Below are positions 47,145 through 48,677 of a DNA stretch of 48,677 nucleotides, piece by piece. The DNA is taken from assembly GCA_031963365.1 (NCBI GenBank), contig JASSUF010000001.1:1-48677 (forward strand), written 5' to 3'. Under the pieces are notes generated by a model, which ran no database searches, was not told the origin of the DNA, and worked only from the letters and a program-made list of their open reading frames with translations. The position numbers and the translations under genes were made by a program. The stretch's first letter is position 1. Every line of letters starts with the position of its first letter. The DNA is from Mycoavidus cysteinexigens (GTDB lineage Bacteria; Pseudomonadota; Gammaproteobacteria; Burkholderiales; Burkholderiaceae).

Positions 47145-47289
47145 TAGGGCGTGTCCTCAATTGTCCCAAAGGGTTCATATTTGGGGAAGCAGGAGCGCAG
47201 GGACCGGAGCTGTACTTTTGTACAGTGAGGATCCCGAGCACCGCACGACCTCAAAGATGGGCCCTTTGGGGCGATTGAGGACATGCCCT
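47145..47289. repeat. Family-1 MITE-like repeat, complete copy nested in a REP-like palindrome
   Basis: Outer arms tagggcgtgtcctcaattg / cgattgaggacatgcccta. Inner termini cccaaaggg / ccctttggg. Central hairpin ctgtac-tttt-gtacag. Confidence 0.85.
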
Positions 47290-47331
47290 AAGAACCCGGA
47301 TGTTAGACTTCTTGTTAAAAGGAGAATAGAT

Positions 47332-47745
47332 ATGGGCTTACCTGCATTTGCATTTAATTCGTTAGAATTTGTGAAGGAGCTAGAAGTGGCGGGCGTATCT
47401 CGTATTCAAGCTGAAGCACAGGCACATGCTTTGTCTAAGGTTTTCGAGGCAAATATTAAAGAATTAGCCACTAAAGATAACCTCCAAGCTGTCGAAACCA
47501 ATCTGCGCTGTGAAATTGCAGATTTGCGTAAAGATATGGATTCTAAATTTACTATCGTGGATACTAAATTCAGTGCCATAGAGGCAAACTTAGGCGCTAG
47601 ATTTGCTACCGTGGATACCAAATTTGCTGCTGTGGATACTAAATTAGACAAGCTGGCATTACAAATGACTGTCCGATTAGGCAGCATAGTTTTAGCTGCC
47701 TGCACAGGCATGCCATTCATCTTTAAGCTGTTTCATTTACTCTAA
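47332..47745 (+). CDS. DUF1640-like coiled-coil protein with C-terminal TM
   Basis: SD aaaggag before the ATG at 47332. Repeats VDTKFSAIEANLGARFATVDTKFAAVDTKLDKL. C-terminal LGSIVLAACTGMPFIF. The upstream part of the tracked ORF is repeat sequence. Confidence 0.65.
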   Translation: MGLPAFAFNSLEFVKELEVAGVSRIQAEAQAHALSKVFEANIKELATKDNLQAVETNLRCEIADLRKDMDSKFTIVDTKFSAIEANLGARFATVDTKFAAVDTKLDKLALQMTVRLGSIVLAACTGMPFIFKLFHLL

Positions 47746-47801
47746 GCGGAGTTTGCTAGGCCCTAGTGGCTAGGGTTCTCTCCTGCTTCCTCGTAAGAAT
47801 A

Positions 47802-48632
47802 ATGACCTCTTTTCCCTCTCCCTCAACTCTATCCAGCCCTCCTAGGCTCCTCACCATCGCAGGCTCTGACTCGAGTGGAGGTGCAGGCATTCAAGCTGAT
47901 TTGAAAACATTTTCAGCCTTAGGGGGATATGGTGCCAGTGTCATCACTGCGCTCACCGCACAAAATACTCAAGGTGTATCGGCCGTACATGCACCGGATG
48001 CGGCATTTGTCACAGCTCAACTCGATGCCGTATTCGACGATATCGCGATAGATGCAGTCAAAATTGGGATGCTCGCCAATGCATCTATTATTCGTGCCGT
48101 CGCTGCGGCACTTCGCCGCTATAAACCCAGCCACATTATTCTAGATACCGTCATGCTCGCCAAAAGCGGGCAAGCACTGCTTGAACCTGAAGCTATTCAT
48201 GCATTGCGTGAGGAGCTTTTTCCTCTAGCACAACTCATCACCCCAAACCTACCCGAAGCTGCTGCGCTGCTAAACACTTCTGTTGCGCAAAATGAAGAGG
48301 AAATGGTCGAGCAAGGTCAAGCTTTACACGCACTAGGCGCACACCATGTTCTGATGAAAGGAGGCCATCTAAGCAGCCATAAAAGCCCAGATTGGCTCAT
48401 AGGTAACGAGCCTCCTTTACGCTTCGTTGAAAACCGCTTAAGCCAGCCTAATCACCACGGCACCGGTTGTACCCTCTCAGCAGCTATTGCAGCACTCTGC
48501 CCCAGGCATGCTAGCCTTGGTGAAGCTATTGGTGAAGCTAAAACCTACCTAACCCAAGCTCTTTTTCACAGCACCCGTCTTCAAGTAGGTAAAGGCATTG
48601 GCCCTGTCCATCACTTCTACCGCTGGTGGTAA
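47802..48632 (+). CDS. thiD: Hydroxymethylpyrimidine/phosphomethylpyrimidine kinase
   Basis: LTIAGSDSSGGAGIQADLKTF, VKIGMLA, HHGTGCTLSAAIAAL. Confidence 0.9.
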   Translation: MTSFPSPSTLSSPPRLLTIAGSDSSGGAGIQADLKTFSALGGYGASVITALTAQNTQGVSAVHAPDAAFVTAQLDAVFDDIAIDAVKIGMLANASIIRAVAAALRRYKPSHIILDTVMLAKSGQALLEPEAIHALREELFPLAQLITPNLPEAAALLNTSVAQNEEEMVEQGQALHALGAHHVLMKGGHLSSHKSPDWLIGNEPPLRFVENRLSQPNHHGTGCTLSAAIAALCPRHASLGEAIGEAKTYLTQALFHSTRLQVGKGIGPVHHFYRWW

Positions 48633-48645
48633 TCCCATCGGCATA

Positions 48646-48672
48646 GGGGGCAGCCTTCTGAGGCTGCACCCC
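48646..48672 (+). terminator. Possible thiD terminator hairpin (window ends before any T-run)
   Basis: gcagcc (48650-48655) pairs with ggctgc (48662-48667), with flanking gggg/cccc. Confidence 0.3.
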
Positions 48673-48677
48673 TGCCA

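Overview
This is a proteobacterial chromosome segment; the ilvI and pcnB-folK-panB-ilvA genes look beta/gamma-proteobacterial. A ~33.9 kb, apparently intact podovirus-like prophage (2185-36090) is inserted into the 3' end of tRNA-Leu(CAG). Core flanks are ilvI on the left. On the right are pcnB, folK, panB, ilvA, an AT-rich islet with a coiled-coil ORF, radA, alr, lplT, a DUF1640-like gene and thiD. The prophage has an integrase with an AlpA-like Xis, a divergent tandem-HTH repressor/Cro switch, and a replication module. It also has a tightly coupled late operon: small and large terminase, portal, scaffold, capsid, tail fibre, assembly chaperone, tail and internal-virion proteins, GH24 lysozyme and an embedded Rz/Rz1. 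The most unusual content is the prophage cargo. Three genes carry F-box motifs: two are F-box + RNI-type LRR morons set antisense inside the late operon, and one is F-box + ankyrin + a C-terminal membrane anchor. Four more cargo proteins combine hairpin-like hydrophobic domains, three of them also with predicted coiled coils. This looks like a phage-vectored kit for manipulating a eukaryotic host's ubiquitin system and membranes. Other points of interest are a ~400 nt highly structured leader or ncRNA behind a near-consensus promoter at the prophage right end, and two interspersed repeat families. In one family the core sits at the apex of REP-like palindromes. The other family is present both in the chromosome and inside the prophage. 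There is also a candidate ori with a 44-nt polypurine tract inside the replication gene, and an A8 slippery-site split ORF. All calls come from reading the sequence and ORF translations only; no database search was run.
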